A stretch of 64,000 nt of DNA from Andalucia godoyi And28. Taxonomy: Eukaryota > Protista > Jakobida. The notes under the pieces are model-generated. The model saw only the letters and a program-made list of their open reading frames with translations. It made no database searches and was not told the origin of the DNA. The translations under genes and the position numbers were made by a program. Positions 42,764 to 52,987 of this stretch are shown in pieces (position 1 is the stretch's first letter; every line of letters starts with the position of its first letter). Location: assembly GCA_009859145.1 (NCBI GenBank), contig VRVR01000003.1:7066-71065 (forward strand), read 5' to 3'.

Positions 42764-45700
42764 CTACGTGTTCATTCGGATAGCAGAATCCGGGTCCTCC
42801 GACGCATCATTCAAGCTCTGCTCAATGACGGCCAAAACGGGAGAAAACAGAACTTGTTCATCTTTTGAAAGTGCGGACTTGTCAAAGGTGTACCGACGAC
42901 GCAGCGGATACTCACTCATCTCGATCCGCGAGAGCAGCTTTTCGGTCATATCCGTCTGTGCTGTCAGATATTTCCTGCGTCTCTGTTGTCCTGCAAGTTC
43001 TTCTGCGTGATCGCGAATCTTGATCGGTCGAATAATGAAGATTTCTGCTAATTTCATCAAGAGAGTCAGAAGTCCCAAGAGACCAACCACAGAACCCAAA
43101 ATCTGAGTAACAATAAGAAATTCCGGCTGGGCACTAGACAGCACGATCTCTTGCTTCACAGTAGAGATGGACAACGCTACTGCAATCGGAAACGTCTCCG
43201 CGGGAGAATCCGAGACTGACAACCTGGTCTGCCGGAGATGGGCCCCGTAACCGTGCTCCACGAAGCCTTTCAGTTCATTGTGGAACGTTACTTCTAGCAA
43301 TTCGTAATTCACGACCAACGAAGCGGGATAGCTCCCATTCACACTCGTTGCAAAGTTTTGCGACGACACCTTCTCATTAATCCATGAGCAGGAAAGAGTA
43401 GAATTCACAGCATGCAGGGCAATAGCATTCCCTTTGGTTTGCAACGTATACGTAAATGTGAACAGCAGCTCCAAGTCTTGCGGAGCACAGTTTGTGCAAG
43501 ACACCGCGATCACGCACACCGGATCTCCGTAGCTGCTTACACTTTGCGTAAATGTCGGGTTGTCCACAGCTATCGACACCGCAGAAAAACTAAATGCACT
43601 CGACTGGCACACCCCAGTAAACGCAAGCAATTCAATATGCAAGTCGAACGTCACCGGGGGTAACTTCTCTTCGTTGATGGGCTGCAAGGTCTTCACGAGA
43701 AGCTGGTTGTTGTACATTGCGTTAAGGATCAGAGAAATTAGCAGACAGGGAGCCATGATGATGAACACAAACGAAAAAACGCCGCCGTTCACGGATGTTT
43801 TTTTGATCATGATGTGTCCAGGATAACAACCGTGAGTTCGACGGAAAAAAACGTCGCAAGACCGGAAACGACTCAGTGTAGCAGAAATGGATCTAAAATT
43901 GCACATCCAGGCAATAAGAGCAATGATTCCTACAAGCCCAACAAAAACTACACAGAAAATAATGGAAACCTTCAGTATCAAGGTTGGTGCATCCGTGAAC
44001 GATATATCGAAGGTCGGGGCAGCGTACTGAAGAGACTGGAAAGAAGCGAGAAAGAAGGAAGAAATCGCAAAAGGTGATCCAGGATTGCACACCGAGCCTA
44101 CTGGGCAAGGAATACATCCTGCAGAAACAGTCGGAGAATAAAGATTCGCCGGGCAAGCGTAGCACTTGGCGGAACCAATCCTAGAAATCGACCCGTTCGA
44201 GCAAGTCTCGCAAGAGCCTGCACCAGGCAGGGCCGAAAACGTTCCGCTCGGGCAGAGATTGCAAACAGACGCTTGCGGCAAGGTCTGGTACTCACCAGGA
44301 TTGCATAGTTGGCAAACATCCAAGTTTCCGCCTGGAGAGACTGATCCGGCCATGCACGGAGTACAGACAAACAGGGACTGGTCTGTATCGCTTATCGCAT
44401 TCCCTGGAGGACATCCATTGTCAAACATCAGAGCAAAGGACACGTCTACAATGGACGTCTGCCATAGGCTGCAGAGAGAGAATGCGTCATTGGCCGACGG
44501 AAACACGAACGCAGAATCAACAAAAATGAGATCCGTTAATTGCAGTGGAAAGACTGTTGCCACGACAACCGGAGTGACGGTAGAATCGAAAAGCACAACA
44601 GCGGAGTCAAGTGCTGCAATCAGGGCGACAGCATTTGGCTCCGCTATGATGTCCAAAATGTCTGCAGACCCTTCATCAGCATTCGCAAGAGCAGCAGAAA
44701 GATCAACAATTTCTGCAATGGTCAGTGTGTCTGCATTCAGTTCCATAATAACTAGATTGGAAAAGGCAATCCAGACAACGCTTTCGTCTCCGTCTTGTTC
44801 TTGGAAGACATCAATAATTGCAATATCTATCGCGCTCGAAAAAATGTTCGAATAGTACAAAAGCTGAATGTCTGTTCGCCCTCGAGCGGTAGGCAGACTG
44901 AAAATATGAGGAATTGCAGCAGTCGACTGGGAGGAAGCATCCTCCGCGCCAACAAGGATGTAAGGATCCAACGGATGATAGATAAACTGCATCATGGTAA
45001 TGTAGCGATTGGAAACAACCCAGATTGGGCGACTCTCAATTCGGACTGGAGCACTACCAGTAATGTTGTACACAAACAACGTGGATTGTGCAAGAACATA
45101 CAGTATGCCTGCAGTGCTGTCCATTGTACATCCGGCACCAAGGAAACTTGTCCCAGTCGACGAAGAATTAATCAAAACTTGCTGCGTATGGAGATTCAGG
45201 TCCATCCACACAACCGAGAAGCTGCATACAAAAACCCAGTTTCTCTGAGTGGACAGAACATAGTCAACATACCTCTTCTTCACAAACACATTTGGATCAT
45301 ACATGCCAGCGATGGGTGTCTCGGAAACAACGTCCAGCGATGAAAATTCCAGTTGTCGGAGAAACGCAGTAGGATATCCGTGAAAAAGAACGTACAGCGA
45401 AGAGCTGTTTGCCAGGTTTCTGCTCTTTTCTGCAAACTTGAGGATTCTAAGGTCCACGTGATTCATGTATTGCAAAACAGAACCGACACTCCATGAAAAC
45501 ATCTCTATGCTCTCACAAGTCACTGATGCGGGGCACCGTCGCGTCTGGTTGACGACAAACGCAACCCACGAGCCCTCGGAATTCACGGCAGACGAGAGCA
45601 CGTTGTTATTCAACGAAGGGTAAGGGCTGCTGTGGACGAGCGAAAACTGGCATGTCGGAGCGCAAGAAAGGATGTAGGAATCCACAGAACCCGAGACTGC

Positions 45701-46645
45701 TAAGCTGTTGGTGTCACTGCGTGTTATGGTGTACATGGTACCGCTCTCATCCGGAGCCAAGCTCTGAATGACGCCTGTCACGGGAAGCGTGGTGAACGCC
45801 AAAGAGGCTGCGTCGAAGGCCACCAGACTGTTGTTCTGATGCGAAACAATCAGTCCAGTCTGCGAATCAAAAAACAGGCGCCTGAGCGACTGACCAGCAT
45901 AATTTGAGGTCTGGATCTGCGTACATACTGCCGCGGTAAATGAGGACAAAAGCGGTTGAAACATCACACCGCAGACCGCGGAATTCAGTCCTTGGACCAA
46001 GAAAAAAACCGAATCGACGGATACTGCAACAGACTGAGCGCTCGACAATATGGGAAACGGAAGAAGCAGGGGCTGGCAGACCGGGGCGCTCGGCGTAGTT
46101 TGCGAAAAGCTGGACAGAGCGACCGCACACAACGATGCATTGCCAAAGACGCTCGACTGCGCAATAAAGGACACTAGACCAGGCATAACCGAAATACCGT
46201 GTAGCGCGACACTGTTCATATCTGTCGACACGAGCACCTGGCTTGTTTCTAGCGACGGAACGGCAACTTGCCACAACACTCCACTGTCTGTTCCGATGAT
46301 AAAGGACGGCACGCCAAATGAGTTCAGCACAAACGTCGTTGGGAAGATTCTGGCAAAGCTTTCGAAACCAGGAGACAACGAAGCGAACGAAAACGATGTG
46401 TGGTTGGGAAGTAACCTCAGATCCCACCGAAGTATCTGAGGACCAATTCCTCTCTGAGACAAGCAGTATATAGCATTCTTATCTGAAGGATGAGATAACG
46501 GATGGATCAGACATTCCTCTGTTGGAAACGCTTGAATTCCGCGCACTGGGTTTGTTGGAACAGCTGCCTGAGCACCAAGAAGAAGCGCAAGAACGAAGCA
46601 ATACAGTGCGGAGAACACAGCTGTCGGTCGAGAATTCACTCCCAT
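42764..46645 (-). CDS. Large receptor-like membrane protein: signal peptide, beta-rich ectodomain, Cys-rich TNFR/GCC2-GCC3-like repeats, three TM segments
   Basis: 1293 aa. CxxC...CxxG repeats at nt ~44075-44413. Hydrophobic segments LILKVSIIFCVVFVGLVGIIALIAW, GGVFSFVFIIMAPCLLISLIL and FLIVTQILGSVVGLLGLLTLLM. Confidence 0.8.
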   Translation of the reverse strand: MGVNSRPTAVFSALYCFVLALLLGAQAAVPTNPVRGIQAFPTEECLIHPLSHPSDKNAIYCLSQRGIGPQILRWDLRLLPNHTSFSFASLSPGFESFARIFPTTFVLNSFGVPSFIIGTDSGVLWQVAVPSLETSQVLVSTDMNSVALHGISVMPGLVSFIAQSSVFGNASLCAVALSSFSQTTPSAPVCQPLLLPFPILSSAQSVAVSVDSVFFLVQGLNSAVCGVMFQPLLSSFTAAVCTQIQTSNYAGQSLRRLFFDSQTGLIVSHQNNSLVAFDAASLAFTTLPVTGVIQSLAPDESGTMYTITRSDTNSLAVSGSVDSYILSCAPTCQFSLVHSSPYPSLNNNVLSSAVNSEGSWVAFVVNQTRRCPASVTCESIEMFSWSVGSVLQYMNHVDLRILKFAEKSRNLANSSSLYVLFHGYPTAFLRQLEFSSLDVVSETPIAGMYDPNVFVKKRYVDYVLSTQRNWVFVCSFSVVWMDLNLHTQQVLINSSSTGTSFLGAGCTMDSTAGILYVLAQSTLFVYNITGSAPVRIESRPIWVVSNRYITMMQFIYHPLDPYILVGAEDASSQSTAAIPHIFSLPTARGRTDIQLLYYSNIFSSAIDIAIIDVFQEQDGDESVVWIAFSNLVIMELNADTLTIAEIVDLSAALANADEGSADILDIIAEPNAVALIAALDSAVVLFDSTVTPVVVATVFPLQLTDLIFVDSAFVFPSANDAFSLCSLWQTSIVDVSFALMFDNGCPPGNAISDTDQSLFVCTPCMAGSVSPGGNLDVCQLCNPGEYQTLPQASVCNLCPSGTFSALPGAGSCETCSNGSISRIGSAKCYACPANLYSPTVSAGCIPCPVGSVCNPGSPFAISSFFLASFQSLQYAAPTFDISFTDAPTLILKVSIIFCVVFVGLVGIIALIAWMCNFRSISATLSRFRSCDVFFRRTHGCYPGHIMIKKTSVNGGVFSFVFIIMAPCLLISLILNAMYNNQLLVKTLQPINEEKLPPVTFDLHIELLAFTGVCQSSAFSFSAVSIAVDNPTFTQSVSSYGDPVCVIAVSCTNCAPQDLELLFTFTYTLQTKGNAIALHAVNSTLSCSWINEKVSSQNFATSVNGSYPASLVVNYELLEVTFHNELKGFVEHGYGAHLRQTRLSVSDSPAETFPIAVALSISTVKQEIVLSSAQPEFLIVTQILGSVVGLLGLLTLLMKLAEIFIIRPIKIRDHAEELAGQQRRRKYLTAQTDMTEKLLSRIEMSEYPLRRRYTFDKSALSKDEQVLFSPVLAVIEQSLNDASEDPDSAIRMNT

Positions 46646-47013
46646 ACCTCAGGCAAGAGAAAGGTCAGAAATGCAATAGTAAATGTCCTTTCTCTTAATT
46701 AAAAAGACTTTAATTCTTGCATGGAAAAAGAAAAGGTTGGGGGAAAAACCACGCTGTTTTTGCTGCAGTCTGAGTTCCGATGTGGGATCTTTTGCATGAT
46801 AGCGAGGCAAGCGCACTCTTCTCCGACGTCGGAGGAGCGCATTCCCAAAATCCCCGACAAACCCTACCAAGCTATCACGGATCGGGCAAGTGGGTTTTTG
46901 TGTGCATGTCGGGAATTTTTTTCAGTGTTTTTTTCCTTTTTCTTTCCGGTCATTTTTTATAAAAGGAAGAAATCGGGGATTAAGAAACGGCGACAGTAAT
47001 CAACGCGGCCTGC

Positions 47014-48728
47014 ATGAGAATCGATTACATCCTGTTGTGCCTAGCTGTGGCTGGGCTTCGGTTTGCAGTGGTGCTGCAGGCATCTGAGCAGCAGCAGCGT
47101 CATGAGGATGGCCGTGTCGTCGTTGAAGTCCCTTACGAGGCTGCAGCAGCGTATGCGCGGCCGTCGTTTTCTGTACCGATCATTTCTGTGCCGCCGACTG
47201 TGGATGCCGGGACAGTGTTTCCTCCGAGCTTTGCATTCGGGGTGAGCACTTCTGCATACCAAGTCGAAGGGGGCTGGCTTGAGGATGGGAAGGGGTTCTC
47301 GATCTGGGACGTGAGCTCGCACATCCCGGGGCATATTGCCAATGGAGATACGGGAGATATTGCAGATGACTTTTACCACCTGTACGACGCGGATTTGGCC
47401 ATGATGGCTGCAAATGGGATCACACATTTCCGCATGTCGATCTCATGGCCCCGCATTATGCCCACGGGATTTGCACCGGTGAATCCAGCCGGGGTTGCAT
47501 TCTATAACCGAGTGTTCGAGGCGTGTGCAAAGTACGGAATCACGCCGTACGTCACCTTATTTCATTCGGATGTTCCCCAGAATTTGGTCAACTACCCAAG
47601 ACCCGGCATCGCGTTTCTCGCAGACGACTTTCCCCAGATTTTTGCTGACTATGCCGATGCGGTGTTTGCAGCGTTCGGGACTCGGGTGAAGAACTGGATG
47701 ACGTTCAACGAGCCTTGGTGCTCCGCAGTGCTGGGAATAGATGGTGGCCGAGATCCGTACAATGTGGCACACAACATTCTGCGGGCGCATGCACTGGCAG
47801 TGAATGTCTATCGGACGAAGTATCAGGCTTCTCAAAAGGGTGTCATCACGATTGTGTTGAACACAGCGCATTTCTACGCAGCGTCGTCGAATCCCGAGGA
47901 TGTGGCTGCTGCGCAGCGTGCATACGACTTCAATCTCGGATGGTTTGCGGACCCGATTCTTGCAGGCGACTATCCGGCATCCATGCGCTTGACACTCGGG
48001 GCTCGTCTGCCAGTGTTTAACGCTTCGGAAAAGGCACTGCTGAAAGGGTCGATGGATTCCATTGCGATCAACCACTACATGCCCTTCTTGTGCAAACCCG
48101 GGAGCTCACCGCATTCGGACAATCCCTCGTATTGGTCCGATGAGAACACGACGTGCTTCTATGATCCGTCCTGGCCCCTTAGCGATTTCGGATGGGGCAT
48201 CTACGCGCCGGGTATCAAAGACTTGTTGTTGTACGTTGCCCAGCGATATCCCGGAATCCCATTGTGGATCACAGAAAATGGTGTTTGCGCTCCGGGCGAG
48301 AACAATATGACCATCGCCATTAACGACGTGATGCGTCAGAAGTACATCCATGACTATGTGGAAAATGTCGGTCTTGCCCTGCAGCAAGGTGCTCCTGTGG
48401 AAAAGTATTTTGTCTGGTCGAGTATGTTTTCCTTTCCTTCCTCCTCTTCTCCCCGTATCCTTTTGCATTTTTGTGTCCTTCTCTTTTCGGTTTCTTTTCT
48501 TGTGCTCGTCTCTTTCCTAATTGCATTATCTTACGAGTTTTTTTATTTCCTGGTTTTCCCAATGCAGTTCTCGACAATCTGGAGTGGGGAAGTGGATTCT
48601 CAAAGCACTTCGGTATGGTGTGGATCGATCGGTCCACTCCAGCCCTTATCCGCTTCCCGAAGTCTTCTCTGGCGCTTTATAAGAACATTGTTCATACGCA
48701 TATCGTGAAGTCCAAAAGGATTGAGTAG
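47014..48728 (+). CDS. Secreted glycoside hydrolase family 1 beta-glucosidase; exons 47014-48421 and 48568-48728 (522 aa)
   Basis: Signal peptide; FGVSTSAYQVEG; acid/base TFNEP; nucleophile ITENG. Splicing restores VWSILDNLEWGSGFSKHFGMVWID, the conserved GH1 C-terminal motif. Confidence 0.93.
48422..48567 (+). other. Spliceosomal intron in the GH1 gene (146 nt, phase 1)
   Basis: Donor GTATGT, pyrimidine-rich body, CTAAT at ~48517, acceptor TGCAG. Removal restores the conserved motif. Confidence 0.9.
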
Positions 48729-49183
48729 TGTATTCCGACCGCTTCGCTTTTCTATCAACTAATTGTTGTCAGCAGCGGATTTGCAGTAAGGGGGTAGTAT
48801 TAATTACTGTGATTGCTGCTGCGGTATTTCCATAAAGATTAATTGTTTTTTTTTGTTTTTTTTGTTTTTGTGCATGCACCCGCTTGGCGAGCCCCTCGAC
48901 GCAGAATTCGTTTCAGGATGTGTCCCCATTCCTCGAGCAAACAGGAAACGATGCTCACTTCCAAAGTGAATGGTTGTGTATGCTTCTTCACGCGGGCCTG
49001 CCCGCCCCAACTCCCTGGCTCTCCACGACACCGTCCTTCATCCTCGTCAACGCCTGTAAGAAACTTTCGCGGAAACCCTCTTCTGCTCTGTTCGTGGTGA
49101 TGCGCAGTCTACGTTCCTTCTGCTGTCTTTTCTTGTTTTGTCACGGAGCACCATACTGTACGCTAGCGAAATTGGAGTCAGGT

Positions 49184-50329
49184 ATGAATCAGCTACCGCA
49201 GCCCCAACCAGAGGTAGAGGTGGAGATGGGGCTGAGCGCATTGGTTGACGTTGAGAGCCAACCAGAGAGTTTAAAGGACAGCGAAAATGCAGGAAAAGAT
49301 GACGCGGAACTCGTTGCTGCGGGACAGGACGAATGCAAAGACGTCAAAGAACCTGCGATGGACTCTTCAGATTCAGAAAGTGCATCCACGACCGAGCGCT
49401 CGAGCAGCGAAGTTGCATCGAATGACTATAAGCCCGGTGAGTATTTCGACTCCGATGAAGAAGATGCTGGTGGGATTCCCGATGTCGCGGCCATTCTTTC
49501 GCTTCCTCAGTATGAGCCAGTGGACGTTGCCATATCAGAGACTGACGACCTAGTGTCGTTGGGTACTGTCCACTCGTTTTTGAAAGACCTCCTTGTCGTC
49601 TCCACTCCTGCTGGGGCCCCTGCGTTGTCAGCAGGATCTGTGCTTGCTCTCGAAAATCGTGTTGCAATTGGTCGCATTGGCGATGTTTTCGGGCCCGTTG
49701 ACAGCCCATTGTATTCAATTCGCCTCCCCCCGACTGGAATCCCTGCGGAATGGGGTCCATGTGTCTTGGGAACTCGAGTGTACTTTCCACGATCACTCGC
49801 GGAAGTTGTGCAGGTCGGCCCACTGCGAATGCAGAAAGGCACAGATGCTTCGTGGAGGAACGATATGGAGCCTCCAGAACATCTTCAAGAGTTTTCAGAC
49901 GACGAAGAAGAAGCAAGATTCAGAAAAACTGTCAAGGACAAAAAGAGACAGAGAACCGAAAACAGCCTTGCGAACGCCCGACCAGCCTTCAAGTACGCGC
50001 GAATGCCGTCAAGTGCGGGTAGTGATGGATACAACGACAGTGACGACCACGACGATCACGGTGCCAGTGGAAGTGACAAGGACAAGGACAATGACAAGGA
50101 CAAGGACAATGACCGCGAATCACAAGAAGACGGTGCGTGCTGTAACAACAGGGAACGAGAATCCGGAATGAACGTGACGCATGACTTAGAGCAAGGTTCG
50201 CACTCTCCAAAACATGCGCCAGGTCCTGCGCCAGTTCCCAACCCTGTTTCATCAACACCTGTTGAGAAGGGGAAACCTGTGGAGCTGAATATTGCACCAA
50301 TATCAAGCTTCTTTGACGACAACGATTAG
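49184..50329 (+). CDS. NAF1: H/ACA RNP assembly factor NAF1
   Basis: Acidic N-terminus; Gar1/Naf1 domain GSVLALENRVAIGRIGDVFGPVDSPLYSI; KGTDASWRNDMEPPEHLQEFSDDEEE. The start codon is uncertain. Confidence 0.9.
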   Translation: MNQLPQPQPEVEVEMGLSALVDVESQPESLKDSENAGKDDAELVAAGQDECKDVKEPAMDSSDSESASTTERSSSEVASNDYKPGEYFDSDEEDAGGIPDVAAILSLPQYEPVDVAISETDDLVSLGTVHSFLKDLLVVSTPAGAPALSAGSVLALENRVAIGRIGDVFGPVDSPLYSIRLPPTGIPAEWGPCVLGTRVYFPRSLAEVVQVGPLRMQKGTDASWRNDMEPPEHLQEFSDDEEEARFRKTVKDKKRQRTENSLANARPAFKYARMPSSAGSDGYNDSDDHDDHGASGSDKDKDNDKDKDNDRESQEDGACCNNRERESGMNVTHDLEQGSHSPKHAPGPAPVPNPVSSTPVEKGKPVELNIAPISSFFDDND

Positions 50330-50501
50330 TTTCTTTTTGATTAAGTAACAGTAATAACAAAAACGAAATTCTTAGCAAGTCCTTGATTGACGTCGTACAG
50401 AGGGACAAATCAATTTATTCTGACAATGAAAAAGGAACATACAGAGCACCCCAGTTTCGGGATACTGTGGATACCGTCGGACGACAGCGCTGACGAAACG
50501 C

Positions 50502-52532
50502 TTACTCAAACTCGACAAGGATCTCCTCTACCTTGACAGACTTGCCGGCCTTGCACCGGATTTCCTTGACGATACCATCAACAGGAGATCGGAGAAGATT
50601 TCTCATCTTCATGGCCTCCACAACAACGATCTCTTGACCAATAACAACCTTGTCACCGGGCTTAACAGCAACCTGGATTACAGTACCAGGCATGGGGGAG
50701 ACCAACATCTTGGAAAGATCGGGCTTCGAAATCACAGGCATGTGCACAAACAAGTCCTTGACCGCAGATCGCTTCACGTCAAGCTCATAACGGGTGCCGG
50801 CCATTTGGATAACAGACCCTCCAGTCACATGTCTCTCGAGGACCTGGAGAGTCACATCGCCATCCTGATAGAAAACGCTGTCGATCAACCATTTTGCATT
50901 CGACGGCTTGTCATTCACAAGTAGATTGCCCGTGCGAGAGCAGCGGGAAACCTTCACGACGGCCGCTGGCAAGCCTGAGTCGACAACCGACACATCATAC
51001 GTATCGGAAAGCGGAGATTCGTGCACAGATCCAGAGGAGAATGCGCTGTATCGGTTCTCCTCGCGAAGAAATTCAACGACGGCCGCAGCCTTTGAGATCT
51101 CCTGAGCTTCAACTTCGGTAAGAACGTGACCCTTGAAACCGCCGGGATACTCCACTTCAATGAATTTCGTGTCGATGCGCCCATCCTTGTAGCGTTTGTG
51201 GTCCATTACGTCACGCAGGAAGGGGATGTTATGGGTCACTCCCTGAATGACGTACTGATCAAGGGCTGCACGCAAAATGTCGATAGACTCCTCTCGATTC
51301 TTTCCGTGAGTAATCAGCTTGCAGATCATTGGATCATAGTGAACCGAAATTTCGGCGCCCTCCGTGATGCCAGAGTCGCAGCGGATGCCGGGACCAACCG
51401 GCTCCACATATGTCTTGAGGGTTCCAATCGAGGGCAAGAAGTTACGCGCAGGATCTTCAGCATACACGCGCGCTTCCATTGCCCAGCCATTAATACCAAC
51501 CTGGTCCTGCGTTGTGCGAGAAAGGGACTTTCCAGCTGCACAGCGGATCATTTCCTCGACGAGGTCCAGGCCAGTGATCATTTCCGTGACAGGGTGCTCG
51601 ACTTGCAGACGGGTGTTCATTTCCAAGAAGTAAAAGTTCTTCTTCGCATCCACCAACATCTCCACAGTTCCTGCAGAGTAGTATCCTACCGCCTTGGCAA
51701 GCATGACGGCCTGTTCACCCATTGCCTTTCGAGTTGCGGGATCAAGGAAAGGAGACGGAGCTTCCTCGAGAACTTTTTGATTCCTGCGCTGAATCGAGCA
51801 CTCGCGCTCAGGCAAATACAAAGTGTTGCCGAGCTTGTCGCCAATGACCTGGATCTCGATATGACGAGGCTGCTCAACGAACTTTTCAATCAACATGCGA
51901 TCATCGCCAAACGACGCAGCTGCTTCTTCCTTGGACAAACGGAAACCGTCCAGTGCTTCCTTGTCATTGAACGCAATTCTCATTCCTTTTCCTCCACCAC
52001 CCGCGGACGCCTTGATCATCACCGGATATCCGATTTCATTCGAAATTCGCAGGACATCTTGCGGGGTCGCCACCTCGCCTAAGAAACCCGGAATCGTGTT
52101 CACACCAGCTCTCTTCGCAATCTTCTTTGAGTTGATCTTGTCTCCCATTGCATCAATTGCAGACGCAGGAGGCCCAATGAACGCAATCTTGCGCGAGTCC
52201 AGTTTCGAAGCAAAATGGTTGTTTTCCGACAGAAAGCCGTATCCAGGATGCACTGCTTCCGCACCCGTTGTCTCACAAGCCGCCACGATCGCATCCATAT
52301 TGAGATAGGAAAGCTTCGACGCAGCCGGCCCAATGCAGACTGCTTCATCTGCCAGCCGAACGTGCTTCGATCGGCCGTCCGCCTCGGAATACACCGCTAC
52401 AGTCCGAATGCCAAGTCGCTTGCACGTCTTGATGACACGACACGCAATTTCACCACGATTGGCAATCAGAATCTTTCCAAAAAGATTGTCCGACGATGAA
52501 AACCGACGAGAAAAATCCAGCGTACGAAACAT
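50502..52532 (-). CDS. PCCA: Propionyl-CoA carboxylase alpha subunit, mitochondrial
   Basis: Short presequence MFRTLDFSRRFSS; biotin carboxylase motifs KILIANRGEIA, HPGYGFLSEN, EMNTRLQVEHP; PCCA-type YVIQGVTHNIPFL; biotinyl site EAMKM. Confidence 0.92.
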   Translation of the reverse strand: MFRTLDFSRRFSSSDNLFGKILIANRGEIACRVIKTCKRLGIRTVAVYSEADGRSKHVRLADEAVCIGPAASKLSYLNMDAIVAACETTGAEAVHPGYGFLSENNHFASKLDSRKIAFIGPPASAIDAMGDKINSKKIAKRAGVNTIPGFLGEVATPQDVLRISNEIGYPVMIKASAGGGGKGMRIAFNDKEALDGFRLSKEEAAASFGDDRMLIEKFVEQPRHIEIQVIGDKLGNTLYLPERECSIQRRNQKVLEEAPSPFLDPATRKAMGEQAVMLAKAVGYYSAGTVEMLVDAKKNFYFLEMNTRLQVEHPVTEMITGLDLVEEMIRCAAGKSLSRTTQDQVGINGWAMEARVYAEDPARNFLPSIGTLKTYVEPVGPGIRCDSGITEGAEISVHYDPMICKLITHGKNREESIDILRAALDQYVIQGVTHNIPFLRDVMDHKRYKDGRIDTKFIEVEYPGGFKGHVLTEVEAQEISKAAAVVEFLREENRYSAFSSGSVHESPLSDTYDVSVVDSGLPAAVVKVSRCSRTGNLLVNDKPSNAKWLIDSVFYQDGDVTLQVLERHVTGGSVIQMAGTRYELDVKRSAVKDLFVHMPVISKPDLSKMLVSPMPGTVIQVAVKPGDKVVIGQEIVVVEAMKMRNLLRSPVDGIVKEIRCKAGKSVKVEEILVEFE

Positions 52533-52987
52533 TTGTTTTTGTTGCGAGCTTTTTTCCCCCAAAAAGAAATATCTTGAAGAGCGAGAGTGAGAGAAACGGT
52601 GGGAGAGAAATGTAATTATTATTATTTTTTTGATTAAAGAATAAGAATAATAAAATAATAAAAAATGCAAACTCCGAGCAGCACGAAACCAACAATATAC
52701 ACACGCACATTACATACATTAATAAACAAATGACGACGATTCTTTGCACGGAACAGCGTCTTTTTCTGCACTGGGGAAGGGGAAACCCTAGCATCACGTG
52801 ATGGCTGGATGATTTTCACCAGAGTTTCCAGCATTTCGACTTTCGAAGCTCGTGAAAGGTGGGTTTGTTTTGTTATCTAGCAAAAATGCCATGTATTGTC
52901 GAAAACAAATTCAGACTCTTGGTTTTTGTTTCCTTGTTTCCTTCCTCCCCCCGCTCCTCCCAGAGAGTATTGTACGGTGGAAACGTC

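Noticed and set aside
48422-48708. The GH1 ORF reads through its intron into a hydrophobic tail that looks like a TM anchor (564-aa ORF in the track)
   Set aside because: T-rich introns translate to F/L/S/V by default. Retention would delete the conserved LDNLEW substrate-binding motif.
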